Shown here: piece by piece, positions 50,349 to 62,300 of the stretch
Position numbering within the stretch: position 1 is the stretch's first letter
Layout of the letters: each line of letters opens with the position of its first letter
Assembly (NCBI GenBank): GCA_032718475.1
Contig: JAUCBJ010007908.1
Coordinates: 31,626-95,625 of the forward strand
Source: Nemertoderma westbladi
Lineage: Eukaryota; Animalia; Xenacoelomorpha
Direction of reading: 5' to 3'
Length of the DNA: 64,000 nucleotides
The notes under the pieces: model-generated
Databases searched by the model: none
What the model saw: only the letters and a program-made list of their open reading frames with translations
Told to the model about the DNA's origin: nothing
Made by a program: the position numbers and the translations under genes

Positions 50349-53300
50349 GTGCGTTGTTAATATGGGAGGGGGTTGGTCGTGGCAGCCCAGGTAGGTGCGT
50401 TGTTGATATGGGAGGGGGTTGAGGTCGTGGCAGCCCAGGTAGGTTCGTTGTTGATATGGGAGGGGGTTGAGGTCGTGGCAGCCCAGGTAGGTGCGTTGTT
50501 GATATGGGAGGGGGTTGAGGTCGTGGCAGCCCAGGTAGGTGTGTTGTTGATATGGGAGGGGGTTGAGGTCGTGGCAGCCCAGGTAGGTGTGTTGTTGATA
50601 TGGGAGGGGGTTGAGGTCGTGGCAGCCCAGGTAGGTGCGTTGTTGATATGGGAGGGGGTTGAGGTCGTGGCAGCCCAGGTAGGTGTGTTGCTGATATGGG
50701 AGGGGGTTGAGGTCGTGGCAGCCCAGGTAGGTGCGTTGTTGATATGGGAGGGGGTTGAGGTCGTGGCAGCCCAGGTAGGTGCGTTGTTGATATGGGAGGG
50801 GGTTGAGGTCGTGGCAGCCCAGGTAGGTGTGTTGTTGATATGGGAGGGGGTTGAGGTCGTGGCAGCCCAGGTAGGTGTGTTGTTGATATGGGAGGGGGTT
50901 GAGGTCGTGGCAGCCCAGGTAGGTGCGTTGTTGATATGGGAGGGGGTTGAGGTCGTGGCAGCCCAGGTAGGTGTCGTTGTTGATATGGGAGGGGGTTGAG
51001 GTCGTGGCAGCCCAGGTAGGTGTCGTTGTTGATATGGGAGGGGGTTGAGGTCGTGGCAGCCCAGGTAGGTGGGTTGTTGATATGGGAGGGGGTTGAGGTC
51101 GTGGCAGCCCAGGTAGGTGCGTTGTTGATATGGGAGGGGGTTGAGGTCGTGGCAGCCCAGGTAGGTGTGTTGTTGATATGGGAGGGGGTTGAGGTCGTGG
51201 CAGCCCAGGTAGGTGTGTTGTTGATATGGGAGGGGGTTGAGGTCGTGGCAGCCCAGGTAGGTGCGTTGTTGATATGGGAGGGGGTTGAGGTCGTGGCAGC
51301 CCAGGTAGGTGTGTTGTTGATATGGGAGGGGGTTGAGGTCGTGGCAGCCCAGGTAGGTGTGTTGTTGATATGGGAGGGGGTTGAGGTCGTGGCAGCCCAG
51401 GTAGGTGTGTTGTTGATATGGGAGGGGGTTGAGGTCGTGGCAGCCCAGGTAGGTGTGTTGTTGATATGGGAGGGGGTTGAGGTCGTGGCAGCCCAGGTAG
51501 GTTCGTTGTTGATATGGGAGGGGGTTGAGGTCGTGGCAGCCCAGGTAGGTGCGTTGTTGATATGGGAGGGGGTTGAGGTCGTGGCAGCCCAGGTAGGTGT
51601 GTTGTTGATATGGGAGGGGGTTGAGGTCGTGGCAGCCCAGGTAGGTGTCGTTGTTGATATGGGAGGGGGTTGAGGTCGTGGCAGCCCAGGTAGGTGTCGT
51701 TGTTGATATGGGAGGGGGTTGAGGTCGTGGCAGCCCAGGTAGGTGCGTTGTTGATATGGGAGGGGGTTGAGGTCGTGGCAGCCCAGGTAGGTGTGTTGTT
51801 GATATGGGAGGGGGTTGAGGTCGTGGCAGCCCAGGTAGGTGTCGTTGTTGATATGGGAGGGGGTTGAGGTCGTGGCAGCCCAGGTAGGTGCGTTGTTGAT
51901 ATGGGAGGGGGTTGAGGTCGTGGCAGCCCAGGTAGGTGTCGTTGTTGATATGGGAGGGGGTTGAGGTCGTGGCAGCCCAGGTAGGTGTCGTTGTTAGATA
52001 TGGGAGGGGGTTGAGGTCGTGGCAGCCCAGGTAGGTGCGTTGTTGATATGGGAGGGGGTTGAGGTCGTGGCAGCCCAGGTAGGTGTGTTGTTGATATGGG
52101 AGGGGGTTGAGGTCGTGGCAGCCCAGGTAGGTGTCGTTGTTGATATGGGAGGGGGTTGAGGTCGTGGCAGCCCAGGTAGGTGTGTTGTTAATATGGGAGG
52201 GGGTTGAGGTCGTGGCAGCCCAGGTAGGTTCGTTGTTGATATGGGAGGGGGTTGAGGTCGTGGCAGCCCAGGTAGGTGCGTTGTTGATATGGGAGGGGGT
52301 TGAGGTCGTGGCAGCCCAGGTAGGTGTCGTTGTTGATATGGGAGGGGGTTGAGGTCGTGGCAGCCCAGGTAGGTGTGTTGTTGATATGGGAGGGGGTTGA
52401 GGTCGTGGCAGCCCAGGTAGGTGCGTTGTTGATATGGGAGGGGGTTGAGGTCGTGGCAGCCCAGGTAGGTGCGTTGTTGATATGGGAGGGGGTTGAGGTC
52501 GTGGCAGCCCAGGTAGGTGCGTTGTTGATATGGGAGGGGGTTGAGGTCGTGGCAGCCCAGGTAGGTGTCGTTGTTGATATGGGAGGGGGTTGAGGTCGTG
52601 GCAGCCCAGGTAGGTGTCGTTGTTGATATGGGAGGGGGTTGAGGTCGTGGCAGCCCAGGTAGGTGCGTTGTTGATATGGGAGGGGGTTGAGGTCGTGGCA
52701 GCCCAGGTAGGTGTCGTTGTTGATATGGGAGGGGGTTGAGGTCGTGGCAGCCCAGGTAGGTGTCGTTGTTGATATGGGAGGGGGTTGAGGTCGTGGCAGC
52801 CCAGGTAGGTGCGTTGTTGATATGGGAGGGGGTTGAGGTCGTGGCAGCCCAGGTAGGTGTGTTGTTGATATGGGAGGGGGTTGAGGTCGTGGCAGCCCAG
52901 GTAGGTGCGTTGTTGATATGGGAGGGGGTTGAGGTCGTGGCAGCCCAGGTAGGTGTGTTGTTGATATGGGAGGGGGTTGAGGTCGTGGCAGCCCAGGTAG
53001 GTGCGTTGTTGATATGGGAGGGGGTTGAGGTCGTGGCAGCCCAGGTAGGTGTGTTGTTGATATGGGAGGGGGTTGAGGTCGTGGCAGCCCAGGTAGGTGT
53101 CGTTGTTGATATGGGAGGGGGTTGAGGTCGTGGCAGCCCAGGTAGGTGCGTTGTTGATATGGGAGGGGGTTGAGGTCGTGGCAGCCCAGGTAGGTGTGTT
53201 GTTGATATGGGAGGGGGTTGAGGTCGTGGCAGCCCAGGTAGGTGTGTTGTTGATATGGGAGGGGGTTGAGGTCGTGGCAGCCCAGGTAGGTGTCGTTGTT

Positions 53301-56300
53301 GATATGGGAGGGGGTTGAGGTCGTGGCAGCCCAGGTAGGTGCGTTGTTGATATGGGAGGGGGTTGAGGTCGTGGCAGCCCAGGTAGGTGCGTTGTTGATA
53401 TGGGAGGGGGTTGAGGTCGTGGCAGCCCAGGTAGGTGCGTTGTTGATATGGGAGGGGGTTGAGGTCGTGGCAGCCCAGGTAGGTGCGTTGTTGATATGGG
53501 AGGGGGTTGAGGTCGTGGCAGCCCAGGTAGGTGCGTTGTTGATATGGGAGGGGGTTGAGGTCGTGGCAGCCCAGGTAGGTGTCGTTGTTGATATGGGAGG
53601 GGGTTGAGGTCGTGGCAGCCCAGGTAGGTGTCGTTGTTGATATGGGAGGGGGTTGAGGTCGTGGCAGCCCAGGTAGGTGTGTTGTTGATATGGGAGGGGG
53701 TTGAGGTCGTGGCAGCCCAGGTAGGTTCGTTGTTGATATGGGAGGGGGTTGAGGTCGTGGCAGCCCAGGTAGGTGCGTTGTTGATATGGGAGGGGGTTGA
53801 GGTCGTGGCAGCCCAGGTAGGTGTGTTGTTGATATGGGAGGGGGTTGAGGTCGTGGCAGCCCAGGTAGGTGTGTTGTTGATATGGGAGGGGGTTGAGGTC
53901 GTGGCAGCCCAGGTAGGTGTCGTTGTTGATATGGGAGGGGGTTGAGGTCGTGGCAGCCCAGGTAGGTGCGTTGTTGATATGGGAGGGGGTTGAGGTCGTG
54001 GCAGCCCAGGTAGGTGTGTTGTTGATATGGGAGGGGGTTGAGGTCGTGGCAGCCCAGGTAGGTGTGTTGTTGATATGGGAGGGGGTTGAGGTCGTGGCAG
54101 CCCAGGTAGGTGCGTTGTTGATATGGGAGGGGGTTGAGGTCGTGGCAGCCCAGGTAGGTGTGTTGTTGATATGGGAGGGGGTTGAGGTCGTGGCAGCCCA
54201 GGTAGGTGTGTTGTTGATATGGGAGGGGGTTGAGGTCGTGGCAGCCCAGGTAGGTGTGTTGTTGATATGGGAGGGGGTTGAGGTCGTGGCAGCCCAGGTA
54301 GGTGCGTTGTTGATATGGGAGGGGGTTGAGGTCGTGGCAGCCCAGGTAGGTGCGTTGTTGATATGGGAGGGGGTTGAGGTCGTGGCAGCCCAGGTAGGTG
54401 CGTTGTTGATATGGGAGGGGGTTGAGGTCGTGGCAGCCCAGGTAGGTGTCGTTGTTGATATGGGAGGGGGTTGAGGTCGTGGCAGCCCAGGTAGGTGTCG
54501 TTGTTGATATGGGAGGGGGTTGAGGTCGTGGCAGCCCAGGTAGGTGTCGTTGTTGATATGGGAGGGGGTTGAGGTCGTGGCAGCCCAGGTAGGTGCGTTG
54601 TTGATATGGGAGGGGGTTGAGGTCGTGGCAGCCCAGGTAGGTGCGTTGTTGATATGGGAGGGGGTTGAGGTCGTGGCAGCCCAGGTAGGTGTGTTGTTGA
54701 TATGGGAGGGGGTTGAGGTCGTGGCAGCCCAGGTAGGTGCGTTGTTGATATGGGAGGGGGTTGAGGTCGTGGCAGCCCAGGTAGGTGTGTTGTTGATATG
54801 GGAGGGGGTTGAGGTCGTGGCAGCCCAGGTAGGTGCGTTGTTGATATGGGAGGGGGTTGAGGTCGTGGCAGCCCAGGTAGGTGCGTTGTTGATATGGGAG
54901 GGGGTTGAGGTCGTGGCAGCCCAGGTAGGTGCGTTGTTGATATGGGAGGGGGTTGAGGTCGTGGCAGCCCAGGTAGGTGCGTTGTTGATATGGGAGGGGG
55001 TTGAGGTCGTGGCAGCCCAGGTAGGTGTGTTGTTGATATGGGAGGGGGTTGAGGTCGTGGCAGCCCAGGTAGGTGTGTTGTTGATATGGGAGGGGGTTGA
55101 GGTCGTGGCAGCCCAGGTAGGTGTGTTGTTGATATGGGAGGGGGTTGAGGTCGTGGCAGCCCAGGTAGGTGCGTTGTTGATATGGGAGGGGGTTGAGGTC
55201 GTGGCAGCCCAGGTAGGTTCGTTGTTGATATGGGAGGGGGTTGAGGTCGTGGCAGCCCAGGTAGGTTCGTTGTTGATATGGGAGGGGGTTGAGGTCGTGG
55301 CAGCCCAGGTAGGTGTGTTGTTGATATGGGAGGGGGTTGAGGTCGTGGCAGCCCAGGTAGGTGTCGTTGTTGATATGGGAGGGGGTTGAGGTCGTGGCAG
55401 CCCAGGTAGGTTCGTTGTTGATATGGGAGGGGGTTGAGGTCGTGGCAGCCCAGGTAGGTGCGTTGTTGATATGGGAGGGGGTTGAGGTCGTGGCAGCCCA
55501 GGTAGGTGCGTTGTTGATATGGGAGGGGGTTGAGGTCGTGGCAGCCCAGGTAGGTGTGTTGTTGATATGGGAGGGGGTTGAGGTCGTGGCAGCCCAGGTA
55601 GGTGTGTTGTTGATATGGGAGGGGGTTGAGGTCGTGGCAGCCCAGGTAGGTGCGTTGTTGATATGGGAGGGGGTTGAGGTCGTGGCAGCCCAGGTAGGTG
55701 TGTTGTTGATATGGGAGGGGGTTGAGGTCGTGGCAGCCCAGGTAGGTGTGTTGTTGATATGGGAGGGGGTTGAGGTCGTGGCAGCCCAGGTAGGTGTGTT
55801 GTTGATATGGGAGGGGGTTGAGGTCGTGGCAGCCCAGGTAGGTGCGTTGTTGATATGGGAGGGGGTTGAGGTCGTGGCAGCCCAGGTAGGTGCGTTGTTG
55901 ATATGGGAGGGGGTTGAGGTCGTGGCAGCCCAGGTAGGTGCGTTGTTGATATGGGAGGGGGTTGAGGTCGTGGCAGCCCAGGTAGGTGTGTTGTTGATAT
56001 GGGAGGGGGTTGAGGTCGTGGCAGCCCAGGTAGGTGGGTTGTTGATATGGGAGGGGGTTGAGGTCGTGGCAGCCCAGGTAGGTGTGTTGTTGATATGGGA
56101 GGGGGTTGAGGTCGTGGCAGCCCAGGTAGGTTCGTTGTTGATATGGGAGGGGGTTGAGGTCGTGGCAGCCCAGGTAGGTTCGTTGTTGATATGGGAGGGG
56201 GTTGAGGTCGTGGCAGCCCAGGTAGGTGTCGTTGTTGATATGGGAGGGGGTTGAGGTCGTGGCAGCCCAGGTAGGTGTGTTGTTGATATGGGAGGGGGTT

Positions 56301-59300
56301 GAGGTCGTGGCAGCCCAGGTAGGTGCGTTGTTGATATGGGAGGGGGTTGAGGTCGTGGCAGCCCAGGTAGGTTCGTTGTTGATATGGGAGGGGGTTGAGG
56401 TCGTGGCAGCCCAGGTAGGTGTGTTGTTGATATGGGAGGGGGTTGAGGTCGTGGCAGCCCAGGTAGGTGCGTTGTTGATATGGGAGGGGGTTGAGGTCGT
56501 GGCAGCCCAGGTAGGTGTCGTTGTTGATATGGGAGGGGGTTGAGGTCGTGGCAGCCCAGGTAGGTGTGTTGTTGATATGGGAGGGGGTTGAGGTCGTGGC
56601 AGCCCAGGTAGGTGTGTTGTTAATATGGGAGGGGGTTGAGGTCGTGGCAGCCCAGGTAGGTTCGTTGTTGATATGGGAGGGGGTTGAGGTCGTGGCAGCC
56701 CAGGTAGGTGTGTTGTTGATATGGGAGGGGGTTGAGGTCGTGGCAGCCCAGGTAGGTTCGTTGTTGATATGGGAGGGGGTTGAGGTCGTGGCAGCCCAGG
56801 TAGGTGTGTTGTTGATATGGGAGGGGGTTGAGGTCGTGGCAGCCCAGGTAGGTTCGTTGTTGATATGGGAGGGGGTTGAGGTCGTGGCAGCCCAGGTAGG
56901 TGTCGTTGTTGATATGGGAGGGGGTTGAGGTCGTGGCAGCCCAGGTAGGTTCGTTGTTGATATGGGAGGGGGTTGAGGTCGTGGCAGCCCAGGTAGGTGT
57001 CGTTGTTGATATGGGAGGGGGTTGAGGTCGTGGCAGCCCAGGTAGGTGTGTTGTTGATATGGGAGGGGGTTGAGGTCGTGGCAGCCCAGGTAGGTGTGTT
57101 GTTGATATGGGAGGGGGTTGAGGTCGTGGCAGCCCAGGTAGGTTCGTTGTTGATATGGGAGGGGGTTGAGGTCGTGGCAGCCCAGGTAGGTTCGTTGTTG
57201 ATATGGGAGGGGGTTGAGGTCGTGGCAGCCCAGGTAGGTTCGTTGTTGATATGGGAGGGGGTTGAGGTCGTGGCAGCCCAGGTAGGTGGGTTGTTGATAT
57301 GGGAGGGGGTTGAGGTCGTGGCAGCCCAGGTAGGTTCGTTGTTGATATGGGAGGGGGTTGAGGTCGTGGCAGCCCAGGTAGGTGTGTTGTTGATATGGGA
57401 GGGGGTTGAGGTCGTGGCAGCCCAGGTAGGTGTGTTGTTAATATGGGAGGGGGTTGAGGTCGTGGCAGCCCAGGTAGGTGTCGTTGTTGATATGGGAGGG
57501 GGTTGAGGTCGTGGCAGCCCAGGTAGGTTCGTTGTTGATATGGGAGGGGGTTGAGGTCGTGGCAGCCCAGGTAGGTGTCGTTGTTGATATGGGAGGGGGT
57601 TGAGGTCGTGGCAGCCCAGGTAGGTGTGTTGTTGATATGGGAGGGGGTTGAGGTCGTGGCAGCCCAGGTAGGTGTGTTGTTGATATGGGAGGGGGTTGAG
57701 GTCGTGGCAGCCCAGGTAGGTGTGTTGCTGATATGGGAGGGGGTTGAGGTCGTGGCAGCCCAGGTAGGTGCGTTGTTGATATGGGAGGGGGTTGAGGTCG
57801 TGGCAGCCCAGGTAGGTGTGTTGTTGATATGGGAGGGGGTTGAGGTCGTGGCAGCCCAGGTAGGTGTGTTGTTGATATGGGAGGGGGTTGAGGTCGTGGC
57901 AGCCCAGGTAGGTGCGTTGTTGATATGGGAGGGGGTTGAGGTCGTGGCAGCCCAGGTAGGTGTGTTGTTGATATGGGAGGGGGTTGAGGTCGTGGCAGCC
58001 CAGGTAGGTGCGTTGTTGATATGGGAAGGGGTTGAGGTCGTGGCAGCCCAGGTAGGTGCGTTGTTGATATGGGAGGGGGTTGAGGTCGTGGCAGCCCAGG
58101 TAGGTGGGTTGTTGATATGGGAGGGGGTTGAGGTCGTGGCAGCCCAGGTAGGTGTGTTGTTGATATGGGAGGGGGTTGAGGTCGTGGCAGCCCAGGTAGG
58201 TGCGTTGTTAATATGGGAGGGGGTTGAGGTCGTGGCAGCCCAGGTAGGTGCGTTGTTGATATGGGAGGGGGTTGAGGTCGTGGCAGCCCAGGTAGGTGTG
58301 TTGTTGATATGGGAGGGGGTTGAGGTCGTGGCAGCCCAGGTAGGTGTGTTGTTGATATGGGAGGGGGTTGAGGTCGTGGCAGCCCAGGTAGGTGTGTTGT
58401 TGATATGGGAGGGGGTTGAGGTCGTGGCAGCCCAGGTAGGTGGGTTGTTGATATGGGAGATGGTTGAGGTCGTGGCAGCCCAGGTAGGTGAGTTGTTGAT
58501 ATGGGAGGGGGTTGAGGTCGTGGCAGCCCAGGTAGGTGTGTTGTTGATATGGGAGGGGGTTGAGGTCGTGGCAGCCCAGGTAGGTGTGTTGTTGATATGG
58601 GAGGGGGTTGAGGTCGTGGCAGCCCAGGTAGGTGTGTTGTTGATATGGGAGGGGGTTGAGGTCGTGGCAGCCCAGGTAGGTGTGTTGTAGATATGGGAGG
58701 GGGTTGAGGTCGTGGCAGCCCAGGTAGGTGTGTTGTTGATATGGGAGGGGGTTGAGGTCGTGGCAGCCCAGGTAGGTGTGTTGTTGATATGGGAGGGGGT
58801 TGAGGTCGTGGCAGCCCAGGTAGGTGTGTTGTTGATATGGGAGGGGGTTGAGGTCGTGGCAGCCCAGGTAGGTGCGTTGTTAATATGGGAGGGGGTTGAG
58901 GTCGTGGCAGCCCAGGTAGGTGCGTTGTTGATATGGGAGGGGGTTGAGGTCGTGGCAGCCCAGGTAGGTGTGTTGTTGATATGGGAGGGGGTTGAGGTCG
59001 TGGCGGCCCAGGTAGGTGCGTTGTTAATATGGGAGGGGGTTGAGGTCGTGGCAGCCCAGGTAGGTGTGTTGTTGATATGGGAGGGGGTTGAGGTCGTGGC
59101 AGCCCAGGTAGGTGTGTTGTTGATATGGGAGGGGGTTGAGGTCGTGGCAGCCCAGGTAGGTGCGTTGTTGGTATGGGAGGGGGTTGAGGTCGTGGCAGCC
59201 CAGGTAGGTGTGTTGTTGATATGGGAGGGGGTTGAGGTCGTGGCAGCCCAGGTAGGTGTGTTGTTAATATGGGAGGGGGTTGAGGTCGTGGCAGCCCAGG

Positions 59301-62300
59301 TAGGTTCGTTGTTAATATGGGAGGGGGTTGAGGTCGTGGCAGCCCAGGTAGGTGCGTTGTTGATATGGGAGGGGGTTGAGGTCGTGGCAGCCCAGGTAGG
59401 TGTGTTGTTGATATGGGAGGGGGTTGAGGTCGTGGCAGCCCAGGTAGGTGTGTTGTTAATATGGGAGGGGGTTGAGGTCGTGGCAGCCCAGGTAGGTTCG
59501 TTGTTGATATGGGAGGGGGTTGAGGTCGTGGCAGCCCAGGTAGGTGCGTTGTTGATATGGGAGGGGGTTGAGGTCGTGGCAGCCCAGGTAGGTGCGTTGT
59601 TAATATGGGAGGGGGTTGAGGTCGTGGCAGCCCAGGTAGGTGTGTTGTTGATATGGGAGGAGGTTGAGGTCGTGGCAGCCCAGGTAGGTGCGTTGTTAAT
59701 ATGGGAGGGGGTTGAGGTCGTGGCAGCCCAGGTAGGTGTGTTGTTGATATGGGAGGAGGTTGAGGTCGTGGCAGCCCAGGTAGGTGCGTTGTTAATATGG
59801 GAGGGGGTTGAGGTCGTGGCGGTCCAGGTAGGTGCGTTGTTAATATGGGAGGGGGTTGAGGTCGTGGCAGCCCAGGTAGGTGTGTTGTTGATATGGGAGG
59901 GGGTTGAGGTCGTGGCAGCCCAGGTAGGTGTGTTGTTGATATGGGAGGGGGTTGAGGTCGTGGCAGCCCAGGTAGGTGTGTTGTTGATATGGGAGGGGGT
60001 TGAGGTCGTGGCAGCCCAGGTAGGTTCGTTGTTGATATGGGAGGGGGTTGAGGTCGTGGCAGCCCAGGTAGGTGCGTTGTTGATATGGGAGGGGGTTGAG
60101 GTCGTGGCAGCCCAGGTAGGTGCGTTGTTGATATGGGAGGGGGTTGAGGTCGTGGCAGCCCAGGTAGGTGTGTTGTTGATATGGGAGGGGGTTGAGGTCG
60201 TGGCAGCCCAGGTAGGTGTGTTGTTGATATGGGAGGGGGTTGAGGTCGTGGCAGCCCAGGTAGGTGTGTTGTTGATATGGGAGGGGGTTGAGGTCGTGGC
60301 AGCCCAGGTAGGTGTGTTGTTGATATGGGAGGGGGTTGAGGTCGTGGCAGCCCAGGTAGGTGTGTTGTTGATATGGGAGGGGGTTGAGGTCGTGGCAGCC
60401 CAGGTAGGTGTGTTGTTGATATGGGAGGGGGTTGAGGTCGTGGCAGCCCAGGTAGGTGTGTTGTTGATATGGGAGGGGGTTGAGGTCGTGGCAGCCCAGG
60501 TAGGTGCGTTGTTGATATGGGAGGGGGTTGAGGTCGTGGCAGCCCAGGTAGGTGCGTTGTTGATATGGGAGGGGGTTGAGGTCGTGGCAGCCCAGGTAGG
60601 TGCGTTGTTGATATGGGAGGGGGTTGAGGTCGTGGCAGCCCAGGTAGGTGTGTTGTTGATATGGGAGGGGGTTGAGGTCGTGGCAGCCCAGGTAGGTGTG
60701 TTGTTGATATGGGAGGAGGTTGAGGTCGTGGCAGCCCAGGTAGGTGCGTTGTTAATATGGGAGGGGGTTGAGGTCGTGGCGGTCCAGGTAGGTGCGTTGT
60801 TAATATGGGAGGGGGTTGAGGTCGTGGCAGCCCAGGTAGGTGCGTTGTTGATATGGGAGGGGGTTGAGGTCGTGGCAGCCCAGGTAGGTTCGTTGTTGAT
60901 ATGGGAGGGGGTTGAGGTCGTGGCAGCCCAGGTAGGTTCGTTGTTGATATGGGAGGGGGTTGAGGTCGTGGCAGCCCAGGTAGGTGTGTTGTTGATATGG
61001 GAGGGGGTTGAGGTCGTGGCAGCCCAGGTAGGTGCGTTGTTGATATGGGAGGGGGTTGAGGTCGTGGCAGCCCAGGTAGGTGCGTTGTTGATATGGGAGG
61101 GGGTTGAGGTCGTGGCAGCCCAGGTAGGTGTCGTTGTTGATATGGGAGGGGGTTGAGGTCGTGGCAGCCCAGGTAGGTGTGTTGTTGATATGGGAGGGGG
61201 TTGAGGTCGTGGCAGCCCAGGTAGGTGCGTTGTTGATATGGGAGGGGGTTGAGGTCGTGGCAGCCCAGGTAGGTGCGTTGTTGATATGGGAGGGGGTTGA
61301 GGTCGTGGCAGCCCAGGTAGGTGCGTTGTTGATATGGGAGGGGGTTGAGGTCGTGGCAGCCCAGGTAGGTGTGTTGTTGATATGGGAGGGGGTTGAGGTC
61401 GTGGCAGCCCAGGTAGGTGTGTTGTTGATATGGGAGGGGGTTGAGGTCGTGGCAGCCCAGGTAGGTGCGTTGTTGATATGGGAGGGGGTTGAGGTCGTGG
61501 CAGCCCAGGTAGGTGCGTTGTTGATATGGGAGGGGGTTGAGGTCGTGGCAGCCCAGGTAGGTTCGTTGTTGATATGGGAGGGGGTTGAGGTCGTGGCAGC
61601 CCAGGTAGGTGTGTTGTTGATATGGGAGGGGGTTGAGGTCGTGGCAGCCCAGGTAGGTGCGTTGTTGATATGGGAGGGGGTTGAGGTCGTGGCAGCCCAG
61701 GTAGGTGCGTTGTTGATATGGGAGGGGGTTGAGGTCGTGGCAGCCCAGGTAGGTGCGTTGTTGATATGGGAGGGGGTTGAGGTCGTGGCAGCCCAGGTAG
61801 GTGTGTTGTTGATATGGGAGGGGGTTGAGGTCGTGGCAGCCCAGGTAGGTGTCGTTGTTGATATGGGAGGGGGTTGAGGTCGTGGCAGCCCAGGTAGGTG
61901 TGTTGTTGATATGGGAGGGGGTTGAGGTCGTGGCAGCCCAGGTAGGTGCGTTGTTGATATGGGAGGGGGTTGAGGTCGTGGCAGCCCAGGTAGGTGCGTT
62001 GTTGATATGGGAGGGGGTTGAGGTCGTGGCAGCCCAGGTAGGTGCGTTGTTGATATGGGAGGGGGTTGAGGTCGTGGCAGCCCAGGTAGGTGCGTTGTTG
62101 ATATGGGAGGGGGTTGAGGTCGTGGCAGCCCAGGTAGGTGCGTTGTTGATATGGGAGGGGGTTGAGGTCGTGGCAGCCCAGGTAGGTGCGTTGTTGATAT
62201 GGGAGGGGGTTGAGGTCGTGGCAGCCCAGGTAGGTGCGTTGTTGATATGGGAGGGGGTTGAGGTCGTGGCAGCCCAGGTAGGTGCGTTGTTGATATGGGA

